Source: an uncultured Bosea sp.
GTDB taxonomy: Bacteria > Pseudomonadota > Alphaproteobacteria > Rhizobiales > Beijerinckiaceae
Assembly (NCBI RefSeq): GCF_945956895.1
Contig: NZ_CAMFJF010000006.1
Coordinates: 35,366-99,365 of the forward strand
Length of the DNA: 64,000 bases
Direction of reading: 5' to 3'
Made by a program: the position numbers and the translations under genes. Below the pieces are notes generated by a model. It had not been told where the DNA came from and did no database searches. It saw only the letters and a list, made by a program, of their open reading frames with translations. Of the stretch, positions 18,662 to 28,279 are shown one piece after another. Position 1 is the stretch's first letter. Each line of letters begins with the position of its first letter.

Positions 18662-19657
18662 TCACTCCGCCCGGATCGGCCGCGCCAGCAGGGCCGCGAC
18701 CGCATCGCGCACGCCGATATGACCTGCGATGATCGCGGCCACGGCCGCAGCGATCGGGGTCTCGACCGCCTTCGCCCGCGCCATTTCTGCGAGGACCGGG
18801 GCGGTGAAGGCTCCCTCGGCCAGTTTGCCGCCGGCCGCCTCGGCCGGGCTCTTGCCCTCGCCCAACGCCAGTCCATAGGCGAAATTGCGCGATTGCGGCG
18901 AGGCGCAACTCAGCACCACGTCTCCGAGGCCCGAAAGACCCATCAGCGTTTCCGGATCGGCGCCATAGGCCTCGCCGAAGCGGCGCAATTCGGCGAAGCC
19001 GCGCGCCACCAGCGCAGCGCGGGCGCTCTCGCCAAGCCCGAGCCCGACCGTGATGCCGGCCGCGATGGCGAGCACGTTCTTGGCGGCGCCGCCGATCTCG
19101 ACGCCGCGCGTATCGGCGGAGTGATAGATGCGGAAGGCGGGCGAGCTCAGGGCTTCGGCCAGTGCCTGCGCCAGGTCGGGATCGCCGGCTGCGAGTGTCA
19201 CCGCCGTCGGCAGCCCGCGCCCGATATCGTCGGCGAAGCTCGGGCCGGAGAGGATCGCGGCGGTGGCGCCCGGCCAGGCCTGCTCGATGATCTCGGTCAC
19301 GAAGCGGCCGCTTGCCTGCTCGATGCCCTTGGCGGCCGAGATGACCGGCACGCGCGGCGGCAGGGCTTCGGCCAGATTTCGGCAGGCTGACCGCAACGCC
19401 TGCGTCGGCACGGCGATGATCAGGGTATCGCAATCGGCGAGGGCGCCAAGCGAGCTTGTCGCGCGGATGCTTTCGGGCAGGTGGATGCCGGGGAGGCGCG
19501 GCGCCCGTCGCGTCTGTTCGATGGCCGCGATGGTCTGGGCATCGCGCGCCCAGAGCTGCACATCGCGTCCGGCGCGAGCGGCGGCCAGCGCCAGCGCGGT
19601 TCCGTAGGCGCCGGCGCCGACGACGCCTACGCTGCGATAGGCGGCGGGCCGGCTCAT
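18662..19657 (-). CDS. gpsA: NAD(P)H-dependent glycerol-3-phosphate dehydrogenase
   Basis: [14 protein letters not shown] dinucleotide fold and typical GpsA C-terminal half. The start overlaps the tsaD stop. Confidence 0.9.
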   Translation of the reverse strand: MSRPAAYRSVGVVGAGAYGTALALAAARAGRDVQLWARDAQTIAAIEQTRRAPRLPGIHLPESIRATSSLGALADCDTLIIAVPTQALRSACRNLAEALPPRVPVISAAKGIEQASGRFVTEIIEQAWPGATAAILSGPSFADDIGRGLPTAVTLAAGDPDLAQALAEALSSPAFRIYHSADTRGVEIGGAAKNVLAIAAGITVGLGLGESARAALVARGFAELRRFGEAYGADPETLMGLSGLGDVVLSCASPQSRNFAYGLALGEGKSPAEAAGGKLAEGAFTAPVLAEMARAKAVETPIAAAVAAIIAGHIGVRDAVAALLARPIRAE

Positions 19658-20709
19658 GCGGCAGTCGAGGGCGTGACCGAGAGCGTGTCCAGCGGCCAGC
19701 GCGGGCGAGCAACGGCGCTCATGTCGTCGACGAGGCCGAGCCTGAGCCGCTCCAGCCCGGCCCAGGCGATCATCGCGCCATTGTCGCCACAGAGCGCCAG
19801 CGGCGGCGCGACCATCGGCAGGCCGGCTTCGGTCGCGAGGCGGTTGAGCCCGCTGCGGATCGCCTGGTTGGCGGCGACGCCGCCGGCAACGACCAGGGTC
19901 GTGGGCGTGATGCCGGCCTCACGGCAGGCGCGTAAGCCCGCACGGGTGCGGTCGACCATCACGTCGACGATCGCGGCCTGGAAGGAGGCGCAGAGATCGG
20001 CGACGTCATTGTCCGAAAGCGGCGCGATCCGCTCGGCAACGAGGCGCACGGCGGTCTTGAGGCCGGAGAGCGAAAAATCCGGGCTTGGCCTTCCCTGCAG
20101 TGGGCGCGGAAAATCGAAGCGCTCGGGATCGCCTTTCGCGGCCTCGCGCTCGACCGAGGGGCCGCCGGGATAGGGCAGGGCCAGCATCTTGGCGATCTTG
20201 TCGAAGGCCTCGCCGACCGCATCGTCGATCGTGCTGCCGAGCTTGAGATAGTCGCCGACGCCGCGCACGGCGAGCAATTGCGTATGCCCGCCGGAGACGA
20301 GCAGCAGAAGATAGGGGAAGGCGAGGTCGTCGGTCAGGCGGGCGGTCAGCGCATGCGCCTCGAGGTGGTTGATCGCGATGAAGGGCTTGCCGGTGGCGAG
20401 CGCGATCGCCTTGCCGGCGGTGAGGCCGACCATGACGCCGCCGACGAGGCCGGGGCCGGCTGCCGCCGCGACGGCATCGATATCGCCGGGCTTCAGATCG
20501 GCATTGGCGAAGGCGCGGGCGATGATGCGGTCGATCGCCTCGACATGGGCACGCGCCGCGATCTCTGGCACGACGCCGCCATAGGCGGCATGTGCGGCGA
20601 TCTGGCTCAGCACCTCGTTCGACAGGATCTTGCTCTCGCCGGAGCGCTCGACGGAGACGATCGAGGCCGCCGTTTCGTCGCAGGTCGTCTCGATCCCAAG
20701 GACACGCAT
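19654..20709 (-). CDS. tsaD: tRNA N6-adenosine threonylcarbamoyltransferase
   Basis: Start at ATG 20709 ([18 protein letters not shown]). HxxH region and GGVAAN motif. Confidence 0.9.
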   Translation of the reverse strand: MRVLGIETTCDETAASIVSVERSGESKILSNEVLSQIAAHAAYGGVVPEIAARAHVEAIDRIIARAFANADLKPGDIDAVAAAAGPGLVGGVMVGLTAGKAIALATGKPFIAINHLEAHALTARLTDDLAFPYLLLLVSGGHTQLLAVRGVGDYLKLGSTIDDAVGEAFDKIAKMLALPYPGGPSVEREAAKGDPERFDFPRPLQGRPSPDFSLSGLKTAVRLVAERIAPLSDNDVADLCASFQAAIVDVMVDRTRAGLRACREAGITPTTLVVAGGVAANQAIRSGLNRLATEAGLPMVAPPLALCGDNGAMIAWAGLERLRLGLVDDMSAVARPRWPLDTLSVTPSTAA

Positions 20710-20965
20710 GATCGCTCGATTAACCTCGTGGAACGGAAGAACGGGATGAAGGCCTGTGTCCGGCAGTTCCTCGCCGGCAATTCCTTCGTATAGTGCGGGG
20801 CAGGATGCAAGGCCAAGGGCCGCGGGTTGCTGCCTTTGCGCCAGAGACAAAATGGGAGACGGCATGCACGGCATCATTGTTCCGCCTCAATGCAGCCCGA
20901 ACGCGGAATGCTGCATCGTTCGCGGATCGTCCGGTGCTCGTTGCCTGTCTCGTCAGGAGCTGTGA

Positions 20966-22813
20966 ATGCGCGTCTTCGTCTTTCGTCCCCGTCCTGATGC
21001 CGAGCGGACGGCACGCGCCATCGCCGAGCACGGCTTCGAGCCGGTCGTCGCTCCGCTCTTCGAGGTGATCCGCCTGACGGACGCTGCGCCCGAGGGCGCG
21101 TTCGACGCGCTCGTGCTGACCAGTGGCAACGGCGTGCCGGCGCTGGCCGATGGGCCTGCGGCCTGGCGAGACCTGCCGATCTTCACCGTGGGGAGCCGCA
21201 CGGCCGCAAAGGTGCGCGAGGCCGGGCTGGAGGATACCCGCAGTGCCAACGGCGACCGCAACGACCTGATCGAACTGATCAAGCGGACGCTGCCGGCGCC
21301 CGCGAAGCTCTTGATGATCGTCGGGCGCGACCGCAAGGAGGACATGCCGGACCGCCTGCGCGAGGCCGGCTATGAGGTCACGCTCTGGACCGCCTATGCA
21401 GCGGAGCCGGTTTCGGTCCTGCCGGAGGATACGCAGGCCGCGCTGCGGCATGGCGCCGGTGGCGCCGCGCTGCATTATTCGGCGCGTGGGGCGCGGACCT
21501 TCATCACGCTGGCACAGGCGGCCGGCGTCGCCGACGAGGCGCTCGAACTCACCCATGTCGCGCTCTCTGCCGATGTCGCCTCGCCGCTCATCGCGGCCGG
21601 CGCCAGCACGGTGCTGGTGGCGGAGCACCCGGAGGAGGCGGGGATGCTCGCGGCGCTGGAGCAGGTCTCGGCGCGCGAGCGGCTCACCGACCCGGCCCGG
21701 CCGCAGCCACGCGGCAGCCTGCAACGCACGCCGCCGACCGTCGAGCTGAAGGCCGTGCCCATGCCGGAAGCCGTCGGTGAAGCGGGAGGCGAAAAGCCTT
21801 CGCCCGAAGCGGTTGCGCCGACCGAAGCGCTGCCGAAGGAATTCGCGCCGCCGCCTGTCGAGGCGCGTGCGCCGGCCGAGCGCGAAGCGCCGGCTCGCAC
21901 GCCTTGGTTCGCGGTCGCCGCGGCGGCCCTCGCTGGTGGCGTGATCGGCGGTGCGCTCGTGTCCTACGTTCTGCCCAAGCCTGCCTCTTCGGGAAGCAGC
22001 GAGGCGATTGTGGAGTTGCGCAGCCGGCTGGAGGCTGCGCAGGCCAGTGCGGCTGCCGCCGACCGCAAGGCGGTCGCTGCATCGGAAGCGGCGGCGAAGG
22101 CCGGCTCCGCGCTTCAGGCGGTGACGGCGAAGCTTGCTTCGCTCGGTAACGCGCAGGCGCCGGATACGAGCGCGCTGAGCGCCCAGGCTCAGCGCGCGGA
22201 AGCGGCGGCCGCGTCCGTCGGCCAGCGCCTCGACCAGGTCGCGGGGCGGCTCGGCAATGTCGAGACGCAGGCGAAGGCTGCGGCAGGCGCCAGTCCCGAA
22301 GCAATGGCGGCAGCGCGGATCGTGCTCGCGGAGCGGGTGCAGCGTGCGCTTGCCGGCGGGCGGCCCTTCGCCGGCGATATCGCAGCTCTGACGAAAAGCG
22401 GCGTGGCACAGGCGGATGTCGCCGCCCTGGCGGCCGTCTCCGCTGGTGGCGCGCCGACGCGCGATATGCTGCAGGCGGGCTTCCGCAAGCATGGCGCGAT
22501 GTTCCAGCGCGAGGTGATGCCGGCTTCCGACAGCTGGAGCGACAAGCTGCTCGCCTTGACGAGCCGCGTCGTCACCGTCCGCCCGGTCGGCGACAGCGGT
22601 TCGACCGACCCCGCGACGCTGCCGATCCGGCTGGAAAGCGCCATCGCTGCCGGGGATATCGTCAAGGCTGCGGCCCTGTGGGCTCAGTTGCCTGAGCCGG
22701 CGCGCCGTGCCAGTGCGGAATTCGGCGCCGATCTGCAGAAGCGTGCCGCAGCGGATGCGGCGATCGCCAAAATCGCGCAGGATGCGGTTGCGGCGCTCGG
22801 CGTGGCCGGCTGA
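20966..22813 (+). CDS. hemD: Uroporphyrinogen-III synthase (HemD) domain fused in frame to an alpha-Mic60/mitofilin-like membrane protein
   Basis: Residues 1 to about 235 are HEM4-like. Then come a Pro/Glu-rich linker, a TM segment (WFAVAAAALAGGVIGGALVSYVL), an Ala-rich coiled coil and a mitofilin-like C-terminus. There is no stop codon between the parts. Confidence 0.7.
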   Translation: MRVFVFRPRPDAERTARAIAEHGFEPVVAPLFEVIRLTDAAPEGAFDALVLTSGNGVPALADGPAAWRDLPIFTVGSRTAAKVREAGLEDTRSANGDRNDLIELIKRTLPAPAKLLMIVGRDRKEDMPDRLREAGYEVTLWTAYAAEPVSVLPEDTQAALRHGAGGAALHYSARGARTFITLAQAAGVADEALELTHVALSADVASPLIAAGASTVLVAEHPEEAGMLAALEQVSARERLTDPARPQPRGSLQRTPPTVELKAVPMPEAVGEAGGEKPSPEAVAPTEALPKEFAPPPVEARAPAEREAPARTPWFAVAAAALAGGVIGGALVSYVLPKPASSGSSEAIVELRSRLEAAQASAAAADRKAVAASEAAAKAGSALQAVTAKLASLGNAQAPDTSALSAQAQRAEAAAASVGQRLDQVAGRLGNVETQAKAAAGASPEAMAAARIVLAERVQRALAGGRPFAGDIAALTKSGVAQADVAALAAVSAGGAPTRDMLQAGFRKHGAMFQREVMPASDSWSDKLLALTSRVVTVRPVGDSGSTDPATLPIRLESAIAAGDIVKAAALWAQLPEPARRASAEFGADLQKRAAADAAIAKIAQDAVAALGVAG

Positions 22814-22831
22814 CGGAGGGTTGAGAGGTCC

Positions 22832-24547
22832 ATGGTTCGCGTTCTCGTCTACCTCGCCGTCTTCGCCTGCCTTGCCTTTGGCGCCGTCTGGCTCGCCGAC
22901 CGGCCGGGCGAAGTCTCCGTGCTCTGGCAGGGCTACCGGATCGAGACCAGCGTGGCGCTGGCGGCGATCGGCGTCGTCGCGCTCGCCTTCCTCGTCCTGC
23001 TGGTCTGGGCGATCTTTCGCTTCGTCTTCGGCTTGCCCTCCGCCTTCAGCCTGTCGTCGCGGGCGCGGCGCCGGGCGCGTGGCTTCGAGGCCGTGTCGCG
23101 CGGCATGGTCGCGATCGGTGCGGGTGATCCCGTTGCTGCCGGGCGCTATACCGGCGAGGCCCGTCGCTTCGTTCCGAACGAGCCGCTGACCCTGCTGCTG
23201 GAAGCGCAGACCGCGCAATTGAGCGGCGACCGGGCGCAGGCCGAGGCCGCCTTCAAGGCGATGCTGGAGAAATCCGAGACGCGGGTGCTGGGCCTGCGCG
23301 GGCTCTTCGTCGAGGCCAAGCGGCGCGGGGATGCCGTTGCCGCGCGTGCCTTTGCCGACGATGCGGTACGCCGCTCGCCTTCGCTGGCCTGGGCCAATGA
23401 CGCCCTGCTCGATTTTCACACGCAGGCCGGCGACTGGCAGGCGGCGCGCACGGCCGTCGAGCGCCGTGCCGCGCTCAGGCTCGCCGACAAGGCCGAGGCA
23501 CGCCGCCAGCGCGCGGTGCTGCTGGCCGCCGAGGCCCTGCAGGCGCGCGACAATGAACCCGAGAAGGCGCTCGCTGCCGCGCTCGAAGCAGCGAAGCTTT
23601 CGCCAGCGCTGACGCCGGCCGCTGCTCTGGCTGGCCGGATGCTCGCCGAGCGCGGCGATGTCCGCAAGGCGTCGAAGCTGCTGGAAGCCGCCTGGAAGGA
23701 TGCGCCGCATCCCGACATCGCCGCGGCCTATCTCGATGCGCGGCCAGGTGACAGCGCGCTCGATCGCCTCAACCGCGCGGTCACGCTGACGAAGCTGCGT
23801 CCCTCCGATCCGGAAAGCGTCCTGGCGCTGGCTGGAGCCGCGATCCAGGCGCGCGAATTCCAGAAGGCGCGCGAGACGCTGAAACCGCTTTTGGCGGGCG
23901 GAGCCTCGGTGCGGGCCTGCCTGCTGATGGCGGAGCTGGAGGATGCCGAACACGGCGCTGCGGGCCGGGTGCGCGAATGGCTGGCACGGGCGACGCGGGC
24001 GCCGCGCGATGCCGCCTGGGTCGCCGACGGGCTGGTTTCCGATCACTGGATGCCGGTCTCGCCGATCACCGGCCGGCTCGATGCCTTCGTCTGGACCGTG
24101 CCGCCGGCGACGCTCGGCAGCAAGGCGCAGGCCGCCGACGACGTGCTCGCCGATCTCGATGATTCAACCAAGCTGATCGAGGTCAAGGCCGAGAGCGTCA
24201 CGACGATCGAGCCCGCGGCTGTTGCGCCGCCACCTCCTCCGCCGCCTCCGCCCGCACCGAAGGAAGAGCCCAAGCCGGAGCCGGTCGCCGCTGCCGCGCC
24301 GTCGGTTCCGAAGGAGGAACCGAAGCCGGCTGCCGAGCCGAAGCCGGTGGAGGCGGTCGTCGAGCCCGCGAAACCCGCTGAACCGAAGCCTGCCGAGGCC
24401 AAGCCGGTCGAAAGCAAGCCCACACAGCGCGAGGCGGCATCGCCCAAGCCGGTGATCTTCCCGGTCTCGCATGCGCCGGACGATCCGGGACCGGAGGAGG
24501 AGCCGCCGCCGGAACCGAAGAAGGGCGGCTTCAGGCTGTTCGGCTGA
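22832..24547 (+). CDS. hemY: HemY-like TPR membrane protein with Pro/Lys/Glu-rich C-terminal tail
   Basis: Two N-terminal TM segments (the HemY_N pattern), TPR-like Ala-rich repeats, and a tail of P9 plus PKEEPKP/AEPKP repeats. Confidence 0.75.
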   Translation: MVRVLVYLAVFACLAFGAVWLADRPGEVSVLWQGYRIETSVALAAIGVVALAFLVLLVWAIFRFVFGLPSAFSLSSRARRRARGFEAVSRGMVAIGAGDPVAAGRYTGEARRFVPNEPLTLLLEAQTAQLSGDRAQAEAAFKAMLEKSETRVLGLRGLFVEAKRRGDAVAARAFADDAVRRSPSLAWANDALLDFHTQAGDWQAARTAVERRAALRLADKAEARRQRAVLLAAEALQARDNEPEKALAAALEAAKLSPALTPAAALAGRMLAERGDVRKASKLLEAAWKDAPHPDIAAAYLDARPGDSALDRLNRAVTLTKLRPSDPESVLALAGAAIQAREFQKARETLKPLLAGGASVRACLLMAELEDAEHGAAGRVREWLARATRAPRDAAWVADGLVSDHWMPVSPITGRLDAFVWTVPPATLGSKAQAADDVLADLDDSTKLIEVKAESVTTIEPAAVAPPPPPPPPPAPKEEPKPEPVAAAAPSVPKEEPKPAAEPKPVEAVVEPAKPAEPKPAEAKPVESKPTQREAASPKPVIFPVSHAPDDPGPEEEPPPEPKKGGFRLFG

Positions 24548-24574
24548 CGACTGTCGCTTCTTCCGCCCTCCATA

Positions 24575-24679
24575 GTCATCCCGGGCGACCGTAGGGAGAC
24601 CCGGGATCCATTCCGGAACATGTCTTGGTGAGGCTCCGGAATGGATCCCGGATCTTCGCTTCGCTCCGTCCGGGATGAC
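24575..24679. repeat. Type C nested-palindromic repeat, copy 2
   Basis: GTCATCCCGGG...CCCGGGATCCATTCCGG...CCGGAATGGATCCCGG...TCCGGGATGAC. Confidence 0.9.
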
Positions 24680-24747
24680 GGTGGAGGTTTGGTCTCGAAC
24701 TGCGGAAAAGGCGTGCGGCCGAGGCGCTTGCGCCTTATAGCGGCGCG

Positions 24748-25776
24748 ATGACATCCATTCTCGATCCGAATGCCACCGTCACCCTGACGGTCGGCCCCGA
24801 GCAGGCCGGCCAGCGCCTGGACAAGGCGCTCGCCCTGCTTGCCGGCGAGATTTCGCGCGCGCGCTTGCAGCAGGTCATCAAGGAGGGTGGGGTCAGCCTC
24901 AACGGCGCCGTCTTCAGCGATGGCAGCCGCAAGGTGGTCGAGGGCGATACGATCGCCCTGGTTATGCCGGCGGCGAAGCCGGCCGATCCCGTTGGGCAGG
25001 ATATTCCGCTCGACGTCGTCTACGAGGACGAGCACCTGATCGTGATCGACAAGCCGGCGGGGCTCGTCGTCCATCCGGCCGGCGGGCATGAGGACGGCAC
25101 GCTGGTCAACGCCCTGATCGCCCATTGTGGGGAGAGCCTGTCCGGCATCGGCGGAGTCAGGCGGCCGGGCATCGTGCACCGGCTCGACAAGGATACGAGC
25201 GGCCTGCTCGTCGTCGCCAAGAACGACCGTGCGCATCAGAAGCTCGCCAAGCAATTCGCCGACCATGGCCGCACCGGGCCGCTGCAGCGCGCCTATCTCG
25301 CGATCGCCTGGGGCGTGCCGCGCCTGCGCGAAGGCACGATCGATGCGCCGATCGAGCGCTCGACCCGCAACCGCGAGAAGATGACCGTGGTGAAGGAAGG
25401 GCGCGGGCGCGAGGCGATCACCCATATCGAATTGCTCGAACGCTATCCGCCCTTGCTGAAGGGCCTCGACGAGACCGAGCCGCTGGCGAGCCTGATCGAG
25501 TGCCGCCTCGAAACCGGGCGGACACACCAGATTCGCGTGCATATGAGCCATATCGGCCATCCCTTGCTGGGCGACCAGCTCTATGGCTCGGGTTTCGCTA
25601 CCAAGGCGGTGCGTTTGCCGACGGATGCGCAAGCTGCGCTGGCCGCGCTCGGGCGGCAGGCATTGCATGCCGCGATCCTCGGCTTCGAGCATCCGGCGAC
25701 CGGCGAGGAGATGCTGTTCGAATCCGAGCCGCCCGAGGACTTTGCGAATCTGCAAGCAGCTCTCGCGCGGCTGTGA
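24748..25776 (+). CDS. rluD: RluA-family 23S rRNA pseudouridine synthase (RluD-like, S4 domain)
   Basis: N-terminal S4-like region and catalytic motif HRLDKDTSGLLVVAK. Confidence 0.85.
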   Translation: MTSILDPNATVTLTVGPEQAGQRLDKALALLAGEISRARLQQVIKEGGVSLNGAVFSDGSRKVVEGDTIALVMPAAKPADPVGQDIPLDVVYEDEHLIVIDKPAGLVVHPAGGHEDGTLVNALIAHCGESLSGIGGVRRPGIVHRLDKDTSGLLVVAKNDRAHQKLAKQFADHGRTGPLQRAYLAIAWGVPRLREGTIDAPIERSTRNREKMTVVKEGRGREAITHIELLERYPPLLKGLDETEPLASLIECRLETGRTHQIRVHMSHIGHPLLGDQLYGSGFATKAVRLPTDAQAALAALGRQALHAAILGFEHPATGEEMLFESEPPEDFANLQAALARL

Positions 25777-25994
25777 GCGAAACCGGCGGTTTTGCCACCT
25801 TTCCGCCAGAGTGAGTTCGCATATACTGGGGTTGTTCGGATGCGGATGGCCAAGGGGGCGCCGCAAGCGAACGTTCCGACCGAACCGATGACAGGTTCCC
25901 GCGTTGGATCGTTTTGCCGGGTCCGAAGCCTGCGCGAAGGTTGATCGCGCGGAGGGCCTGCCGCCAAGCGGGGGCCTCGATGAGGAGAACGAGC

Positions 25995-26891
25995 ATGGCG
26001 AGTGCTTCGCTGCCCGTCCTGTCCGCCGAAGGCGGACTGTCACGTTATCTCGATGAAATCCGCAAGTTCCCGATGCTGGAACCGAGCGAGGAATACATGC
26101 TGGCCAAGCGCTGGCGCGAGCATGGCGACCGCGACGCGGCGCATAAGCTCGTCACCTCGCATCTGCGCCTCGTCGCCAAGATCGCCATGGGCTATCGCGG
26201 CTACGGCCTGCCGATCGGCGAAGTCGTGTCGGAAGGCAATGTCGGCCTGATGCAGGCGGTGAAGCGCTTCGAGCCCGAGAAGGGCTTTCGGCTGGCCACC
26301 TATGCGATGTGGTGGATCAAGGCCTCGATCCAGGAATACATCCTGCGCTCGTGGTCGCTGGTGAAGATGGGCACCACCGCCAACCAGAAGAAGCTGTTCT
26401 TCAACCTGCGCAAGGCCAAGAGCAAGATCTCGGCGCTGGGCGAGGGCGATCTGCGCCCCGATCAGGTCCAGCAGATTGCGACCAAGCTCGGCGTCAACGA
26501 GCAGGACGTGGTCGACATGAATCGCCGCCTTGGCGGTGACGCGTCGCTCAACACGCCGCTGCGCGAGGATGGCGAGGGCGAGTGGCAGGACTGGCTGGTC
26601 GACGATTCGGAAAGCCAGGAGCGCCGCCTCGCCGATTCCGAGGAGGCGGATAACCGCCACTCGGCGCTGCGCGAGGCGCTGGAGGTGCTCAATCCGCGCG
26701 AGCGCCGCATCTTCGAGGCGCGCCGTCTCGCCGAGGATCCGATCACGCTGGAGCAGCTCTCCGAGGAGTTCGGCGTGTCGCGCGAGCGCGTGCGCCAGAT
26801 CGAGGTCCGCGCCTTCGAGAAGGTGCAGGAGGCCGTGAAGAAGGCGATCACCCGGATCGAGGCGCCGCGCGCTGCGCTGCCGGCGGCGTGA
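25995..26891 (+). CDS. rpoH: RNA polymerase sigma-32 (heat-shock sigma factor)
   Basis: ATG at 25995 with a GAGGAG SD. RpoH box QKKLFFNLRKAK. Sigma70 regions 2 and 4 are present. Confidence 0.9.
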   Translation: MASASLPVLSAEGGLSRYLDEIRKFPMLEPSEEYMLAKRWREHGDRDAAHKLVTSHLRLVAKIAMGYRGYGLPIGEVVSEGNVGLMQAVKRFEPEKGFRLATYAMWWIKASIQEYILRSWSLVKMGTTANQKKLFFNLRKAKSKISALGEGDLRPDQVQQIATKLGVNEQDVVDMNRRLGGDASLNTPLREDGEGEWQDWLVDDSESQERRLADSEEADNRHSALREALEVLNPRERRIFEARRLAEDPITLEQLSEEFGVSRERVRQIEVRAFEKVQEAVKKAITRIEAPRAALPAA

Positions 26892-26917
26892 GTTCGATCT
26901 CAGGTTCCAACACAGTT

Positions 26918-26945
26918 AAGGGGCGCCTCGCGGCGCCCCTTTTTC
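26918..26945 (+). terminator. Intrinsic terminator after rpoH
   Basis: AAGGGGCGCC-TCGC-GGCGCCCCTT followed by TTTTC. Confidence 0.8.
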
Positions 26946-26953
26946 ATAAGGGC

Positions 26954-27055
26954 GTCATTCTCGGGCGGCGCGGAGCGTTGACCCGAGAAACTCATGCCGG
27001 AAGAGGCACCAGCGCCTTCGTGTCCAGAGATGCTCGGGGCAAGCCCGAGCATGAC
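26954..27055. repeat. Type D palindromic repeat, copy 2
   Basis: GTCATTCTCGGG...CCCGAGAA...GATGCTCGGGGCAAGCCCGAGCATGAC. Close to copy 3 at 63679-63792. Confidence 0.85.
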
Positions 27056-27069
27056 GGCCTGCAAATGCC

Positions 27070-28110
27070 TCAATACAACGGCGGCAGCGGCTGGAGCGGC
27101 AGGCGGAAGGGGCCGATGAAGACCCGGCCCTCGCGCAGCGAGACCGGCGGCAGTGTCGTCAGGCCAGATGTCGCGGCGCCGTTGCCGCCACGGCCGCCGA
27201 GGAGGCCGCCAAGGCCGCCCAGGAGGTTGCCGATGCGCAGGCCGCCGATCTGCTCGATGCCGGCGGCTGCCAGCTGGAGATCGCCGGCGACGCGGTGCAG
27301 CGGGTCGAGCTGCAACTGGCCGCTGCCATCGACACGAGCCCTGCCCTTGGTCGAGACGACGCGGGTCAGCTCGAGGGTGCCGTTGGCGGTCCGCCAGCTT
27401 TCGAGGGCGTCGGGATTGAAGCCCTTCCGGAAGCTCTCGGCCTGGGTGAGCGTCGCCTGCAGGTCGATCTCACCGGCTTCCGTGTTGCCGAGCAGGGCAT
27501 CGATCGGCGGCAGGAGGGTGCCCTTGGCGGTGATTGCGATGTCCACCGCCTGATCGGTGGCGGGGCGCGTCGGATTGCGGCGCAGGTGCGCTTCGAGCGT
27601 GGCAGCGCCCCAGGTCTCGCTGGCGAGGCCGGGTACGGTCAGAACGCCGCGCGGCTCGCTGGCGACGAGCGCGAAGCGCTCCGGGCTGCGCCAGGCGAGG
27701 CTGGCATCGAGATTCTTCCAGGTGAGATCGAGCACGCGGCCTTCGGGCAGGGTGACTTTCGCCGGGCTCGATGCCTCGAGGATGACAAGGCCGGGCGAAT
27801 AGATCTGGCCGACGGCGACGGCAGGCCCGGTCTCGACGCGCACCGCATCGCCCCAGCGGGTCGAGGTCAGGCTTAGCGCGTTGCAGCGCAATTCGATGCG
27901 GAAGGGGAAGCCGCCGATGCTGCGATCGGTGCAGGTCCAGGTGCGGCCGCGCTCGACCTCGCGCGCCAGCGCAACGTCGACCTCGGTCGCGATGCGGCCG
28001 CGTGCATAGAACCAGAAGGCGGACCAGGCTGCGGCCAGGACGACGAGCAGCACGAAGGGCCCGTAGAGCCAGAAGCGGCTGCGGCGGCGCGTCGGAAGGG
28101 GATCGGTCAT
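27070..28110 (-). CDS. DUF2125-like membrane-anchored protein
   Basis: N-terminal TM segment (FWLYGPFVLLVVLAAAWSAFWFYA), then the pattern GGFPFRIELRC typical of this alphaproteobacterial family. Assignment from memory. Confidence 0.6.
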   Translation of the reverse strand: MTDPLPTRRRSRFWLYGPFVLLVVLAAAWSAFWFYARGRIATEVDVALAREVERGRTWTCTDRSIGGFPFRIELRCNALSLTSTRWGDAVRVETGPAVAVGQIYSPGLVILEASSPAKVTLPEGRVLDLTWKNLDASLAWRSPERFALVASEPRGVLTVPGLASETWGAATLEAHLRRNPTRPATDQAVDIAITAKGTLLPPIDALLGNTEAGEIDLQATLTQAESFRKGFNPDALESWRTANGTLELTRVVSTKGRARVDGSGQLQLDPLHRVAGDLQLAAAGIEQIGGLRIGNLLGGLGGLLGGRGGNGAATSGLTTLPPVSLREGRVFIGPFRLPLQPLPPLY

Positions 28111-28279
28111 GCGGCAGGCGTTCCTTGCGCGGAGGCGGGCGGATCGTTAGATCGCCCGGGTTGCTTTCGCGGGCGGTCTATCTCGTTGTCGTGGCACCGG
28201 ATTTGCTCGAAAGGCGGGTACCGCTTTTCGGTCTGATGCTCAAGCAAGCAGGCCGGCGCGGCCAAATTATGGGACGAGG

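Noticed and set aside
18651-19712. N-terminal 350 codons of the 462-aa ORF 18324-19712
   Set aside because: This part overlaps gpsA in another frame and is Arg-rich nonsense. Only the last 108 codons (from the ATG at 18650, in the gpsA-EVE gap) look like a real gene.
20720-24046. 1108-aa ORF on the minus strand spanning the hemD/Mic60-like and hemY-like genes
   Set aside because: It is antisense to two well-supported plus-strand genes. Its translation is extremely Arg/Gly/Ala/Pro-rich with no motifs. This is the typical stop-poor shadow ORF of GC-rich DNA.
24043-26043. 666-aa minus-strand ORF across the hemY tail, the repeat, rluD and the rpoH start
   Set aside because: It crosses an intergenic palindromic repeat and is antisense to rluD, which has clear catalytic motifs. 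Low-complexity Arg/Gly composition; shadow ORF.
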